Source: Candidatus Atabeyarchaeum deiterrae (lineage in GTDB: Archaea; Asgardarchaeota; Atabeyarchaeia; Atabeyarchaeales; Atabeyarchaeaceae). Taken from it: 64,000 nucleotides of DNA. Location of the stretch: contig CP147780.1 of assembly GCA_037310415.1 (NCBI GenBank), forward strand, positions 2,496,001 through 2,560,000. The letters are read 5' to 3'. Numbering within the stretch: position 1 is the first letter of the stretch; the number at the start of each line of letters is the position of its first letter. Below, one piece after another: positions 19,925-29,087 of the stretch. The position numbers were made by a program, and so were the translations under genes. Under the pieces are notes generated by a model. It did not search any database and was not told the DNA's origin. It saw nothing but the letters and a program-made list of their open reading frames with translations.

Positions 19925-20817
19925 TGGTAGCAAGAGGACTTGCAGATACATGGAACGTGACTTGGAGAGAGCTAAAGCATTTCTCTAGATCAAGGGCGGC
20001 AATGTTCTCGACGCTCATCCAGCCATTCATATGGCTAGCATTCATGGGAAACGCCTTCAACTTCTCAAACATTGGGACACAGGCCATGAGCCAATTCATG
20101 CAGTCGTTCGCGAATACAATACCACCCTCACTTCTGGCGCAGCTCCTACCATACTTGGGCAGCATACAAATCCCAAATTTCACCGCATTGGCCTTTAATG
20201 GCGCGCCGACTTTCTTGAACTACTTCACTCCTGGTGTAATAGCGATGACAACGCTGTTCGGTGGAATCTTCGGAGGGTTCTCGATAGTCTGGGATCGTCG
20301 ACTTGGGTTTCTTAACAAGATGCTTGCGGCGCCGATTTCAAGAACGTCGATAGGTACAGGTAAGATATTCTCGGCTAGCATTAGAACAGGGCTTCAAACC
20401 GCGATAATCGGTATGATAGCTGTTTTTCTGCTTGGCGTCACAGTAGCGACCGGTGTACTAGGATTCATAGTTGCAATCCTGATAGCTATGCTGTTGTGCT
20501 TAGCCTTTGCAGGATTGTCGATGGCAATCGGGGCATCGGTGAAGAATGTGGAGGCTATGATGCCCGTAATGAACCTGTTGACTATGCCACTACTCTTCAT
20601 GAGTACCGCTATGTTCTCAACGACTATGATGCCCGATTGGATGGTTACTGCAACAAGGTTTAATCCGGTGACTTATGCCGTCGACCCTATCAGAGCGTTG
20701 TTCAATAACGACTGGACTACTTTCTTCGGACTATTGCCTGATCTTCTCGTGGTAGGCGTATTTGCATTGGCCTTGATGACTTTAGCAACGATTCTCTTCA
20801 GAAGGAGCGTCGCTTAG
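19924..20817 (+). CDS. ABC-2 exporter permease (DrrB-like)
   Basis: WRELKHF, LIQPFIWL, DRRLGFL, NPVTYAVD; 6 TM segments. Confidence 0.93.
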   Translation: MVARGLADTWNVTWRELKHFSRSRAAMFSTLIQPFIWLAFMGNAFNFSNIGTQAMSQFMQSFANTIPPSLLAQLLPYLGSIQIPNFTALAFNGAPTFLNYFTPGVIAMTTLFGGIFGGFSIVWDRRLGFLNKMLAAPISRTSIGTGKIFSASIRTGLQTAIIGMIAVFLLGVTVATGVLGFIVAILIAMLLCLAFAGLSMAIGASVKNVEAMMPVMNLLTMPLLFMSTAMFSTTMMPDWMVTATRFNPVTYAVDPIRALFNNDWTTFFGLLPDLLVVGVFALALMTLATILFRRSVA

Positions 20818-20829
20818 AAGATACTCCTT

Positions 20830-22182
20830 TCATTTTTTTTCTTTCAGGAGTTTCTTAGCTTTTTCTTTGTGCAGGGATTCCACATCTTTTTTCAGTTTTG
20901 ACAGTCTCTCGCCGACTAGTGGGTACTTCGCTAGTACTACGAGCCCTATTGCCACAGGAACCAATGTTACTAGTCCCATAAGGAGGCGTATGCCAAGTAT
21001 TGCAGACGCCGGCTGCACCGAGTAAGTGGAGACATATCCAGAGAATGCCAGAACGCTAGTCACTATTAACCCGGACATCGAAATCGATAGCTTCACTATG
21101 AAACCTGAGATTCCCGTGTACATTCCCTCTCTTCTTGCATCCGTTTTAAGTTCATCTTCATCACAGACGTCAGCAAGCATCATTGTCGGGATCATCATTG
21201 GCCCCGCTAGAGCGATCCCCGCTACGATCAGGACAGCAATAACTTCGATGGTCTCCGTAACGAACAGCGTCAAGAAGAGTGCAATCATTAGAATCACCAT
21301 CGAGACTGACAACGCTTTTCTGGGACCACTTCTGCGGCTGAACACAAACCACACTGCCAGACCGACAACGATAAAGACGAACATTATTATTAGAAGCGTG
21401 AACAGATCTCCTCCGAGAACATCATTGACGAAGAATGGAATTGTCATCACAGCAATTGAATAAGTTAGCTGCAATGTCAGTTGCGTGCCGAGGTAAGTCA
21501 GAAATGATCTGTTCTTGACCGATGTACCAAGAGCCTTTCTGAATGAGAGGGGCTTGTCTAGGCTAAATTCGCCGTGCTCCTTGACAGAGATTACGGGCAT
21601 GTAGAAAGAGACCAGTATGATAGCGCAGAGGATCAACGCTATGGTATTCCAGCCGTATCCCATACGGGTAAGCAGAGAGGGAACGGCATATGCGAAAGCG
21701 AGACCCAAGATTCCAAAAACCTGAAGATATGTGGATATCTCCAGCCTGTCACCCATAGTTGTCGAGATCTCGGGGTACATAGCATACCACAGCGTCGACA
21801 TAGTGAGAAAAGTATCATAGATGCAGAGCAATACCGCAAGAATGAAGAACATCAAAAATACATCCGTTGAGACTACCGGATTCCAAAGCAGGTAGTAGAA
21901 GACAACCAAGAACGGTACGCCAAACATTATGAACGGCTTTCTTCGTCCCCATCTGCTTCTTGTTCTGTCGGACCATTGCCCTATTAAAGGATCATTCGAT
22001 GCATCCCAAATCGTGAAGATTAACAGTGCAATCCCCACCAGCAGAATGCCGCCAGAAGACTGCCCCAACACAGTACCATTAACATAATTGTATACCAGAT
22101 ACATCCCTACAGCTTGCGGCGCCATCAGACTGCCGAAATTTGTAAGACCAAAACCTACCTTTCGCTTCCTGCTTAGAGACAA
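20830..22182 (-). CDS. MFS transporter, GPH (MelB-like) family
   Basis: WDASNDPLIGQWSDRTRSRWGRRKPF, ADVCDEDE...RREGMY; about 12 TM segments. Confidence 0.92.
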   Translation of the reverse strand: MSLSRKRKVGFGLTNFGSLMAPQAVGMYLVYNYVNGTVLGQSSGGILLVGIALLIFTIWDASNDPLIGQWSDRTRSRWGRRKPFIMFGVPFLVVFYYLLWNPVVSTDVFLMFFILAVLLCIYDTFLTMSTLWYAMYPEISTTMGDRLEISTYLQVFGILGLAFAYAVPSLLTRMGYGWNTIALILCAIILVSFYMPVISVKEHGEFSLDKPLSFRKALGTSVKNRSFLTYLGTQLTLQLTYSIAVMTIPFFVNDVLGGDLFTLLIIMFVFIVVGLAVWFVFSRRSGPRKALSVSMVILMIALFLTLFVTETIEVIAVLIVAGIALAGPMMIPTMMLADVCDEDELKTDARREGMYTGISGFIVKLSISMSGLIVTSVLAFSGYVSTYSVQPASAILGIRLLMGLVTLVPVAIGLVVLAKYPLVGERLSKLKKDVESLHKEKAKKLLKEKK

Positions 22183-22292
22183 GTGGAGACCTCTCCTCCG
22201 AATGAAATCCGAGGATCCTATTCAGGAACGTTTTGTCTGTTCTTGTGGACTTGTTATATAAGGATTTACTTTTCTAATTCGCTCAAAGATAT

Positions 22293-23438
22293 TCACACGT
22301 GGTCAAGTGTAATCTGGGTCGACGATCTTGCTGTAGCGTAAAGAATCTTCTTGTCATATGGGAACTGTAAAGCAAGTTGAGACTTTCCGCAGGGAGGATT
22401 CTTTGAGTTCGGGCAACTTCTAACACAATCAGCGTTGCATATTGGTTTGAATTTCCCTTCTTTAGTTCTTATCATCATGTAAGAGTTGGGCGAGCCTTCA
22501 CAATGTGAGAGTTGAGAAGAGTCGAATGATCTTTCAAGCTCCATGCAGACAGCATAGGTCATGCCGAGTCTTTCAGTCTCTGCCTTGAGTCGTTTGTGGA
22601 ATCGTTCACGTTTCTCTCGGGGAACTCTCAGCCATCCATTCTCGCGAGCGTAGCTTTCCTTGATTTGCAGGTATGATTTGTCCATTCCTTCTCTCAGCAG
22701 TCGATCCTTCACTGCTTGAAGCCCTAATGAATCAAATCTTGTTGTACTTGTAATGATATGCTTGACACCAATTCTCTTTGCGATTTGCAGAAGTTGAGTT
22801 AGCTCGTTGTGGTCATTACTGTATCCGAATATTATCGGGTCGATCCGCATCACCGTGTAGAAGCCTCGTGCCGCAAAGAGTCGTAGCGTTTCGATTCTCT
22901 CTTTTATGGGCGAGGAGTATGGAGATAGTACTCTTCTTTTTTCGTCATCGATTGTTTCCACGGACATCTGAAGGAAGAAGTACGGGTAATTTGTGAATCC
23001 TGGGATCTCGAGGAGCCTCTTAACCTGCATATTCTTTGTGATGATGTGAAATGAGACGCCAAACCTCATTATTGTTCTAACGGCTTTCATAGTTGATTGA
23101 ATTATATCCTCAACTGGCTGGAACACGTCCGTCGTAGCACAGAGGTAAAGTGGAGGACAAAGTACTATTTCGGAAAGCTCGTTTTCAAGTTTGTCGGGGA
23201 TATTATCGTAATAGGTGACTTCCCCAGTTTCCTCAGGATGAGCGCTCCACTTGTATCCTCTCGCATAGCAGTATGCACATAAATGTGTACATTGCCCAGG
23301 TGGCGTAAGATTGACCAGGCCCATGTGGGGGCACTTTCTGTTGGGCAGTTGATAAGTGAAATCGTGTATCAATCTGCCTTTTAGGCTTAGCGGCACAGCT
23401 TCAAACATGTGTCTGACTTTCACCACAGGGAAACTCAT
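22293..23438 (-). CDS. Radical SAM protein (SplB/Rv2578c-like)
   Basis: CTHLCAYCYAR, TDVFQP, IITKN, MRIDPII; extra Cys-rich C-terminus; start set at ATG 23438. Confidence 0.85.
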   Translation of the reverse strand: MSFPVVKVRHMFEAVPLSLKGRLIHDFTYQLPNRKCPHMGLVNLTPPGQCTHLCAYCYARGYKWSAHPEETGEVTYYDNIPDKLENELSEIVLCPPLYLCATTDVFQPVEDIIQSTMKAVRTIMRFGVSFHIITKNMQVKRLLEIPGFTNYPYFFLQMSVETIDDEKRRVLSPYSSPIKERIETLRLFAARGFYTVMRIDPIIFGYSNDHNELTQLLQIAKRIGVKHIITSTTRFDSLGLQAVKDRLLREGMDKSYLQIKESYARENGWLRVPREKRERFHKRLKAETERLGMTYAVCMELERSFDSSQLSHCEGSPNSYMMIRTKEGKFKPICNADCVRSCPNSKNPPCGKSQLALQFPYDKKILYATARSSTQITLDHV

Positions 23439-23540
23439 AGTGAAGCATATTAATCCCTTTGCGTATAGTCTGATTGTTGTTTTTTGGACAACAGACATAG
23501 GAAACAAGAGCTGGAATCGTGTTGTCTGGCCAAGGAGGGA

Positions 23541-23777
23541 ATGTGCATATTGAAGCGCGTGGTTATTGAGAAGTTGGGGCCAGAGGGTCACACAACGCTT
23601 GAAACTGATTTTGACGCGGCACTAGTCCTGTTGACCGATGAGATGGCTCGTGGATATCTTATTTTCAGTAGAGATACCCAGCAACGCGTAGCGAAGCAAG
23701 AGGATTTGGAGTCGCTAAAGGATCGTGTGGAAGACTCCATTAGAGTCATGGTCATACCACCTGTGGCTGGTGGGTAG
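23541..23777 (+). CDS. Small ubiquitin-like (beta-grasp candidate) protein with C-terminal GG
   Basis: About 75-78 aa ending RVMVIPPVAGG-stop; GGAGG at 23534-23538; start ATG 23541 or TTG 23550. Confidence 0.7.
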   Translation: MCILKRVVIEKLGPEGHTTLETDFDAALVLLTDEMARGYLIFSRDTQQRVAKQEDLESLKDRVEDSIRVMVIPPVAGG

Positions 23778-24613
23778 TGGTGACGGAGAACCTCATGCGC
23801 AATCAGAACATTGAAGTGGAAAAAAGAGCTCTGGCTCTCCTCAAAAGGATTTTGGAGGAGAACAGGCAGTCATTCAGATTGGAAGATGGCGCACTCAACG
23901 TAACGGCGCAGAATGGCGTTAAATACTCCATAGATACGAAGTCAGCCAGAGTCTACGACGACTCTGGCAAGTTCATATGTCTGAGAGTGTTGAGCCCAAG
24001 GTTGCCCGTCATTGACCAAGTCATAGCCAAGTCTCTCTACCTGTTGACTAATCCTCGACCGTCAATCGGCATTGATCATGACATGTTGTTCAAAGTTGCC
24101 TTCTTGGGATCCGACCCCGAAATTGAATGGCCTTGGATAAAATCAATCTCCCTCGCCACCCTTGGGGACGATTTTTCGAGTCTAATCGGAGTTGATTTTG
24201 CCGTCAAAAGAATTGAGACAATGGATCATGTGATAAAACTGCAGATGTGGTATTTGAACTGCGTCAATAGATTCAAGTCGGTGGGTGCAAGGTACATTCA
24301 TGGTGCGATGGGAGGAGTCGTACTGTGGAATGCAAGTGAAGATCCTGGTAAGATCGTTGATTTGCAGAGAAGCATTAATGATTTCTATTTCTGCAACGAA
24401 AGAAGCATGCCAACAATAATCATTGGATTGTGCGACGATACGAATGGCTGCAATGGAGATGAAAGGGCGCTGGAGGCTGGGGAAGATATCGCCAGGCGCA
24501 ATAACATACCTTTCTTTAAATGTGAACTCGGTCATCCTTCAACGACCGAAGCCCCTCTCAAATACTTAGCGAACATAATTATCAAGATGACCAACGTTTG
24601 CGCCTCAGGATGA
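23777..24613 (+). CDS. Fusion of an unknown Cys-containing N-domain with a degenerate Rab-like small GTPase
   Basis: RabF-like motifs IGVDF, KLQMW, RFKSV, YIHGA retained; P-loop, DxxG and NKxD lost. Confidence 0.75.
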   Translation: MVTENLMRNQNIEVEKRALALLKRILEENRQSFRLEDGALNVTAQNGVKYSIDTKSARVYDDSGKFICLRVLSPRLPVIDQVIAKSLYLLTNPRPSIGIDHDMLFKVAFLGSDPEIEWPWIKSISLATLGDDFSSLIGVDFAVKRIETMDHVIKLQMWYLNCVNRFKSVGARYIHGAMGGVVLWNASEDPGKIVDLQRSINDFYFCNERSMPTIIIGLCDDTNGCNGDERALEAGEDIARRNNIPFFKCELGHPSTTEAPLKYLANIIIKMTNVCASG

Positions 24614-24684
24614 TGATCTCTCTCTAGTCATTGAGCAAGTGCTTGGAGATTCCTTCTTTTTCATCAAGTGTGCGGGGAATTAGG

Positions 24685-25251
24685 ATGACACAAGAAGTAC
24701 TACTAGTCTCTACTAGTGGTTTGCCCAAAAGCGAAGCGCGACATGCCATCAAAGTTCTTGAGGAAAAACTCGGTCAGATCTTTTCGTTCAGGTCAAGCCA
24801 TGCAGGTGTCTTGCCTCTTGGTGCGTACGACAACAAAAGGAGGCAGTACGCCGCAGAAGCTTTTCTATCAATTGCAGAAGACATCAGAGTGAAAGAGAAG
24901 TGCGTTGCATCACTTGTGCTCACAGAAGTTGATATATTCGCCGCATCCACAAACTATGTCTTCGGGCTAGCTGACCTAGAGAGAGGCGTTGCTGTTGTGT
25001 CAAGTCACAGGATACATCCTTCTTTCTGGGGGATTGTGGAGCGTAGAGATTTCTTTGAGACTCAGTGGGGGAAAGTGGTGACTCATGAATTCGGGCATAC
25101 AGTTGGATTAATACACTGTCAAGATTGGAGTTGCGTTATGAAGTTCAGTAACTCGCCATCAGAGCTCTATGCGAAGGGAACGGGCTTCTGCAAGAAATGT
25201 GGAATAGAGCTGCAAGAAGTAGTCACAAAACTAGTAGAACAGAGACGATAA
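24685..25251 (+). CDS. amzA: Archaemetzincin (peptidase M54)
   Basis: RRQY, NYVFGLA, HEFGHTVGLIHC..SCVMKFSNS, FCKKC; start set at ATG 24685. Confidence 0.9.
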   Translation: MTQEVLLVSTSGLPKSEARHAIKVLEEKLGQIFSFRSSHAGVLPLGAYDNKRRQYAAEAFLSIAEDIRVKEKCVASLVLTEVDIFAASTNYVFGLADLERGVAVVSSHRIHPSFWGIVERRDFFETQWGKVVTHEFGHTVGLIHCQDWSCVMKFSNSPSELYAKGTGFCKKCGIELQEVVTKLVEQRR

Positions 25252-25293
25252 GAAACGGGCAAAATGGGGCAGTCGAATCATGGCCAAATGTCC

Positions 25294-26034
25294 TCATTTA
25301 TCATTTTGTGTTCTTGTATAGTCTTCTCTAGTATACTTAGCACCAGGAACTTTTCTCTTCAAGAGAAAACTGAGCACTGCCTTTCCCATAAGTGAATAGT
25401 ATTTTCTTATCCCGATTTTCTGAATCCGGCGCGCCGAGGTATACACAACCCAATTCTTGTCAAACACGATCTTACCATACTCTCTTGCTCTCATGCCTAT
25501 TTCCACATCATGTATCATGCTAAACTCTGGCTTGTAACCACCTATTCTCCTGAAGACATCCAGACTTATTGCGCTTCCCTGACCTGAAAGCAGCGGCCTT
25601 CCAGCGAAGGCACAGACCCTTGCCCAAACTGCTAGCAGATCTAAGCTTACCCTCGACATGGAATCGCGTTCGATTGAATGGCTTACCCCGGCAAGACCAA
25701 TCACACGTCTGTCTCGAAATCTCTCAAGAATTGTTGCCACCCAGGTTTTCGGTGCGATGACATCTGCATCCATTGTTGCGACTATTTTTCCTTTCGCGAT
25801 AGCAGCAGCGTCGTTCTTTGCTCCTGCAACGCCCTCACCTTTCTGAATAATGATTCTGTCGGCACCGTAGTTTTTCGCAAGCTCTCTTGTTCCATCATTA
25901 GATCCGCCATCCACCACGATTATCTCATAGTTCACCCTGAGAGTAGTCTGGTGGTTGAGTGCCCTCAGGCAGGTTCCTATGTTCTCCCTTTCGTTGAAAG
26001 TTGGGATTATTATGGACAGCTCTGGTCCTGCCAT
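25294..26034 (-). CDS. GT2 glycosyltransferase
   Basis: SIIIPTFNE, EIIVVDGGSNDGT, MDAD, TSARR. Confidence 0.92.
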   Translation of the reverse strand: MAGPELSIIIPTFNERENIGTCLRALNHQTTLRVNYEIIVVDGGSNDGTRELAKNYGADRIIIQKGEGVAGAKNDAAAIAKGKIVATMDADVIAPKTWVATILERFRDRRVIGLAGVSHSIERDSMSRVSLDLLAVWARVCAFAGRPLLSGQGSAISLDVFRRIGGYKPEFSMIHDVEIGMRAREYGKIVFDKNWVVYTSARRIQKIGIRKYYSLMGKAVLSFLLKRKVPGAKYTREDYTRTQNDK

Positions 26035-26094
26035 TTCCAGCACCACACAAAAGTATATCACTGGGGGCTCTGCAATTCTCCGCCAGTTCCAGCT

Positions 26095-26865
26095 TTATTT
26101 CCAGACCACTGAGTACAGATCGCCCTTTGTTCGACCTTTCTTGGGTTTATCTCGAAGTCTGAGATTGACGTTTGCATAGTCATTTGAGATCAGCCGCAAT
26201 GTGAAACTGTCAGAGCCCTTCCCGTACTTTGGCAGCTCATACGTTAGCGTATTGATGACCGTCTGTGCCAGATCTTTACATGTCTCCGAGAGATCCTCGA
26301 TCATTGTCGCGCCATACTTCCGTATTCCCTCTACGTTTCTATTCATAAGCTTCCTCAATCTTGACTGACCATAGAATTGCAGTCCGAAAACTAGTACGAA
26401 AGCCCCGATAACAATGTATATGAAGTACGGTCCGTTGAAAACGTACAATGAAACCATCAAAACAGCGAAAGCAATGAATCCCCCAAGGAGGCTTATCAAT
26501 CTCCACGGATTCTTCCCCGATGATAGCTTCATGAGTTCCCCCAAGGCTTCCTTGATCTTGGGAGCTGTCCTGACTTTCTGCACTTTTTCAGTCAGTGTGC
26601 TCCAGCCGTCAATAACCTTCTTGAAGTCTCCTGCACTAGTCTTGACAGCTTGATCGGCACGACTCAGATTCGTGAAGAGCAAAGATGATGGCTCAAGTCT
26701 CCAGTAGTCCAAAGTTGTTGCAAGACTGCCCAATAGGTTCAACTTTGAGTCGATTTCCTCTGGAGCGCCAGCTGAGGCTCTCTTCTCTGATGAATCGTTC
26801 TCCTTGTCGTCTTTTGATCTGCTAGGCAAATGACACAGCTCCTTTATCTGCTGATCTTGCAGCAA
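26095..26865 (-). CDS. Hypothetical protein with two central TM helices
   Basis: 256-aa ORF filling the gap between genes; hydrophobic hairpin. Confidence 0.65.
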   Translation of the reverse strand: MLQDQQIKELCHLPSRSKDDKENDSSEKRASAGAPEEIDSKLNLLGSLATTLDYWRLEPSSLLFTNLSRADQAVKTSAGDFKKVIDGWSTLTEKVQKVRTAPKIKEALGELMKLSSGKNPWRLISLLGGFIAFAVLMVSLYVFNGPYFIYIVIGAFVLVFGLQFYGQSRLRKLMNRNVEGIRKYGATMIEDLSETCKDLAQTVINTLTYELPKYGKGSDSFTLRLISNDYANVNLRLRDKPKKGRTKGDLYSVVWK

Positions 26866-27013
26866 TATCTGTATTCGGTATGGAAGATTAGACAGGTTGG
26901 CTTTAGTAAGAAGAGTTCTAGTAATTAAACTCTATGATTAAGGAACCCCGAAGCAGATGATTTATAGCTTAGAACGATCGAAGTCAAGAAATGAGTTTAG
27001 TTTGGAGTGAAGA

Positions 27014-28885
27014 CTATTTCTTTTGTGCCCAAAGGTTCTCTGCTTCCTTCTGAAGTCCAAGCTCGATTAGTCTCTGCTCCGTAGGTTTGCCCGTCGCGTC
27101 CCACTTTCTCAGTGAGTAATACTCCTTTATCAAGCCCGCAAAGTTCTGAATGGCTTGACCTTGGTTGCCACCCTCAGTCTGCGGCTGCATGAGGCGCTTA
27201 GGAAGCACGTCATCCTTCGCCGTCAAACCTTGCCGTATGTTAAAAGCTCTTGTGACGTTAGAGATACGTTCGCCTGCTTTCATGAGGTCATCCACAGATA
27301 TTGTCCAGCCAGTTGCAGCATTTAGTAGGGAAGCCAATTGTCCAACACTGAAACCCGTTGACGTAGCATACGTGCAGACGCCGAGAGCATCGATTATCAT
27401 GTTCAGGTTGATTGCGGCCAGTGAGAGAGCTGCCTTGTGATCTTCTGAAGTAGCGTCGACTGACTCTGAGAGAGCTGGAACATCTGGTACGGGCGACTGA
27501 CCCATCTCTGCCGATTGTCCTTCAGTGTGTCGTCCACCTGTTGAGCCTACGGCATAGGTGACCGCCAATGATTTGTTGTATCTTGGGTCATGCATGGCCA
27601 CTTCAAGACCTTTGACATGAAGAGCGAATTCATCCGAGCCCTTGCCTATTTTCTTGGAAGCTCTCAGAACACCCTCAGCTAATGTGTTTCCAATGTCTTT
27701 CCGATATGCTATTTTTCCTATCATTTCAATTGTCGCGTTGCTGTCTCCCCATTTCAGTTCGATTTCGCCACATTCCCTCTTTGTTATCAAACCTTTTTCG
27801 TAACACTCCATGGCGAACGCTATAACCGTGCCAGTAGATATCGTGTCCAATCCCAGTCTATTGCACATGTCGTTTGCTTTGCAGAGCGCTGGAAGGTTGT
27901 CATTCATGCACAGTGTACCGAGAGAAGCGCATGTTTCATACTCTGGTCCGCACCCTTCGCAGACATAAGGCTTCTCAGTTATCTTCACCCATCGACCGCA
28001 TGCGATCTGACAGTTATAACAAGCGTATTTCCTTTTCAGATATGTTTCAGCCAATGCTCCTCCAGAGATCTTAATAGCATTCTCGAATTCGCCTTTGCTC
28101 CAATTCTTGACTGGTGTGTCTCCAGTGCCGACAAGCATGATCAGGCCGCCGCTCGATCCGTAGGCTGATAGTGCGGGAGTGATGGGGCTTTCTTTTATCA
28201 TTCTGATCGCTTCAAGACTCAGCTTTCTTAGCTCTCCCTCGTCTGCCAGGAGAGGCTTACGTGTTCCTCGGGCTGCAATGGCTTTCAGGTTCTTTGAGCC
28301 CATTACCGCGCCCATGCCACACCTTCCGGCTGCTCGATGCTTGTCGTTCATGACCGCCGCGAATCTAACAAGGTTCTCTCCTGCAGGACCACAGCATGCA
28401 GTTCTAATCTTCTTATCGCCCAAATCGTCTTGAATGATATCCTCCGTCTCAAATGCATCTTTTCCCCAGAGGTGGTCAGCTGACTTGAGCTCGGTTTCTC
28501 CATCATGAACCCAAAGGTATACTGGTTTGGGTGCTTTGCCTTGGAAGACTATCCCATCAAAGCCAGCACATTTCAGTTCGGGACCGAAATATCCACCACT
28601 GTTCGCATCTCCCCATGCCTCTGATGCAGGAGACTTGGCACACACTTCGTAGCGCCCACTTGAGGGGACTTGTGTCCCAGTTAGCGGACCGGTCATGAAA
28701 ACTATTCTATTCTCAGGATCAAAGGCGCCGACCTTCGGGTCAACCTCATCATAGATGATCCTGGCTCCAATGCCTCGCCCCCCTATGTAGGATTTGGCGA
28801 TGCTCTCTTTCAGAGGAGACTTTGTGATTTTCTGCTTAGTGAGGTCAACTCGAAGTATTTGACCAGCGTATCCGTATTTTGTCAT
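27014..28885 (-). CDS. aor: Tungsten-type aldehyde:ferredoxin oxidoreductase family
   Basis: GYAGQILRVDL, GGRG, AGRCGMGAVMGSKNLKA, CYNCQIAC, EYET, GLDTIS, HDPR. Confidence 0.95.
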   Translation of the reverse strand: MTKYGYAGQILRVDLTKQKITKSPLKESIAKSYIGGRGIGARIIYDEVDPKVGAFDPENRIVFMTGPLTGTQVPSSGRYEVCAKSPASEAWGDANSGGYFGPELKCAGFDGIVFQGKAPKPVYLWVHDGETELKSADHLWGKDAFETEDIIQDDLGDKKIRTACCGPAGENLVRFAAVMNDKHRAAGRCGMGAVMGSKNLKAIAARGTRKPLLADEGELRKLSLEAIRMIKESPITPALSAYGSSGGLIMLVGTGDTPVKNWSKGEFENAIKISGGALAETYLKRKYACYNCQIACGRWVKITEKPYVCEGCGPEYETCASLGTLCMNDNLPALCKANDMCNRLGLDTISTGTVIAFAMECYEKGLITKRECGEIELKWGDSNATIEMIGKIAYRKDIGNTLAEGVLRASKKIGKGSDEFALHVKGLEVAMHDPRYNKSLAVTYAVGSTGGRHTEGQSAEMGQSPVPDVPALSESVDATSEDHKAALSLAAINLNMIIDALGVCTYATSTGFSVGQLASLLNAATGWTISVDDLMKAGERISNVTRAFNIRQGLTAKDDVLPKRLMQPQTEGGNQGQAIQNFAGLIKEYYSLRKWDATGKPTEQRLIELGLQKEAENLWAQKK

Positions 28886-29087
28886 TTTGGATTGTTCCTC
28901 CACAGAGGTACGATTCGCGCTGAGGTCGTAACCAAATAATTAGCTAATGCAGATGTCACCAAAGAACGTTGATGATCCCATGACTAAAAAAGCATTTTGG
29001 ATTCTGTCCCGCTATAGGCAACACCTCAGTCGTTGTCAACCTATAAGTTAAAACAGTCTCGAAAATGTGCTCGATTCCTTCGTTCTG

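Noticed and set aside
23439-23591. Apparent head-to-head overlap of the radical SAM and Ubl ORFs
   Set aside because: Artefact of longest-ORF starts; better starts at 23438 (-) and 23541/23550 (+) leave a normal divergent promoter
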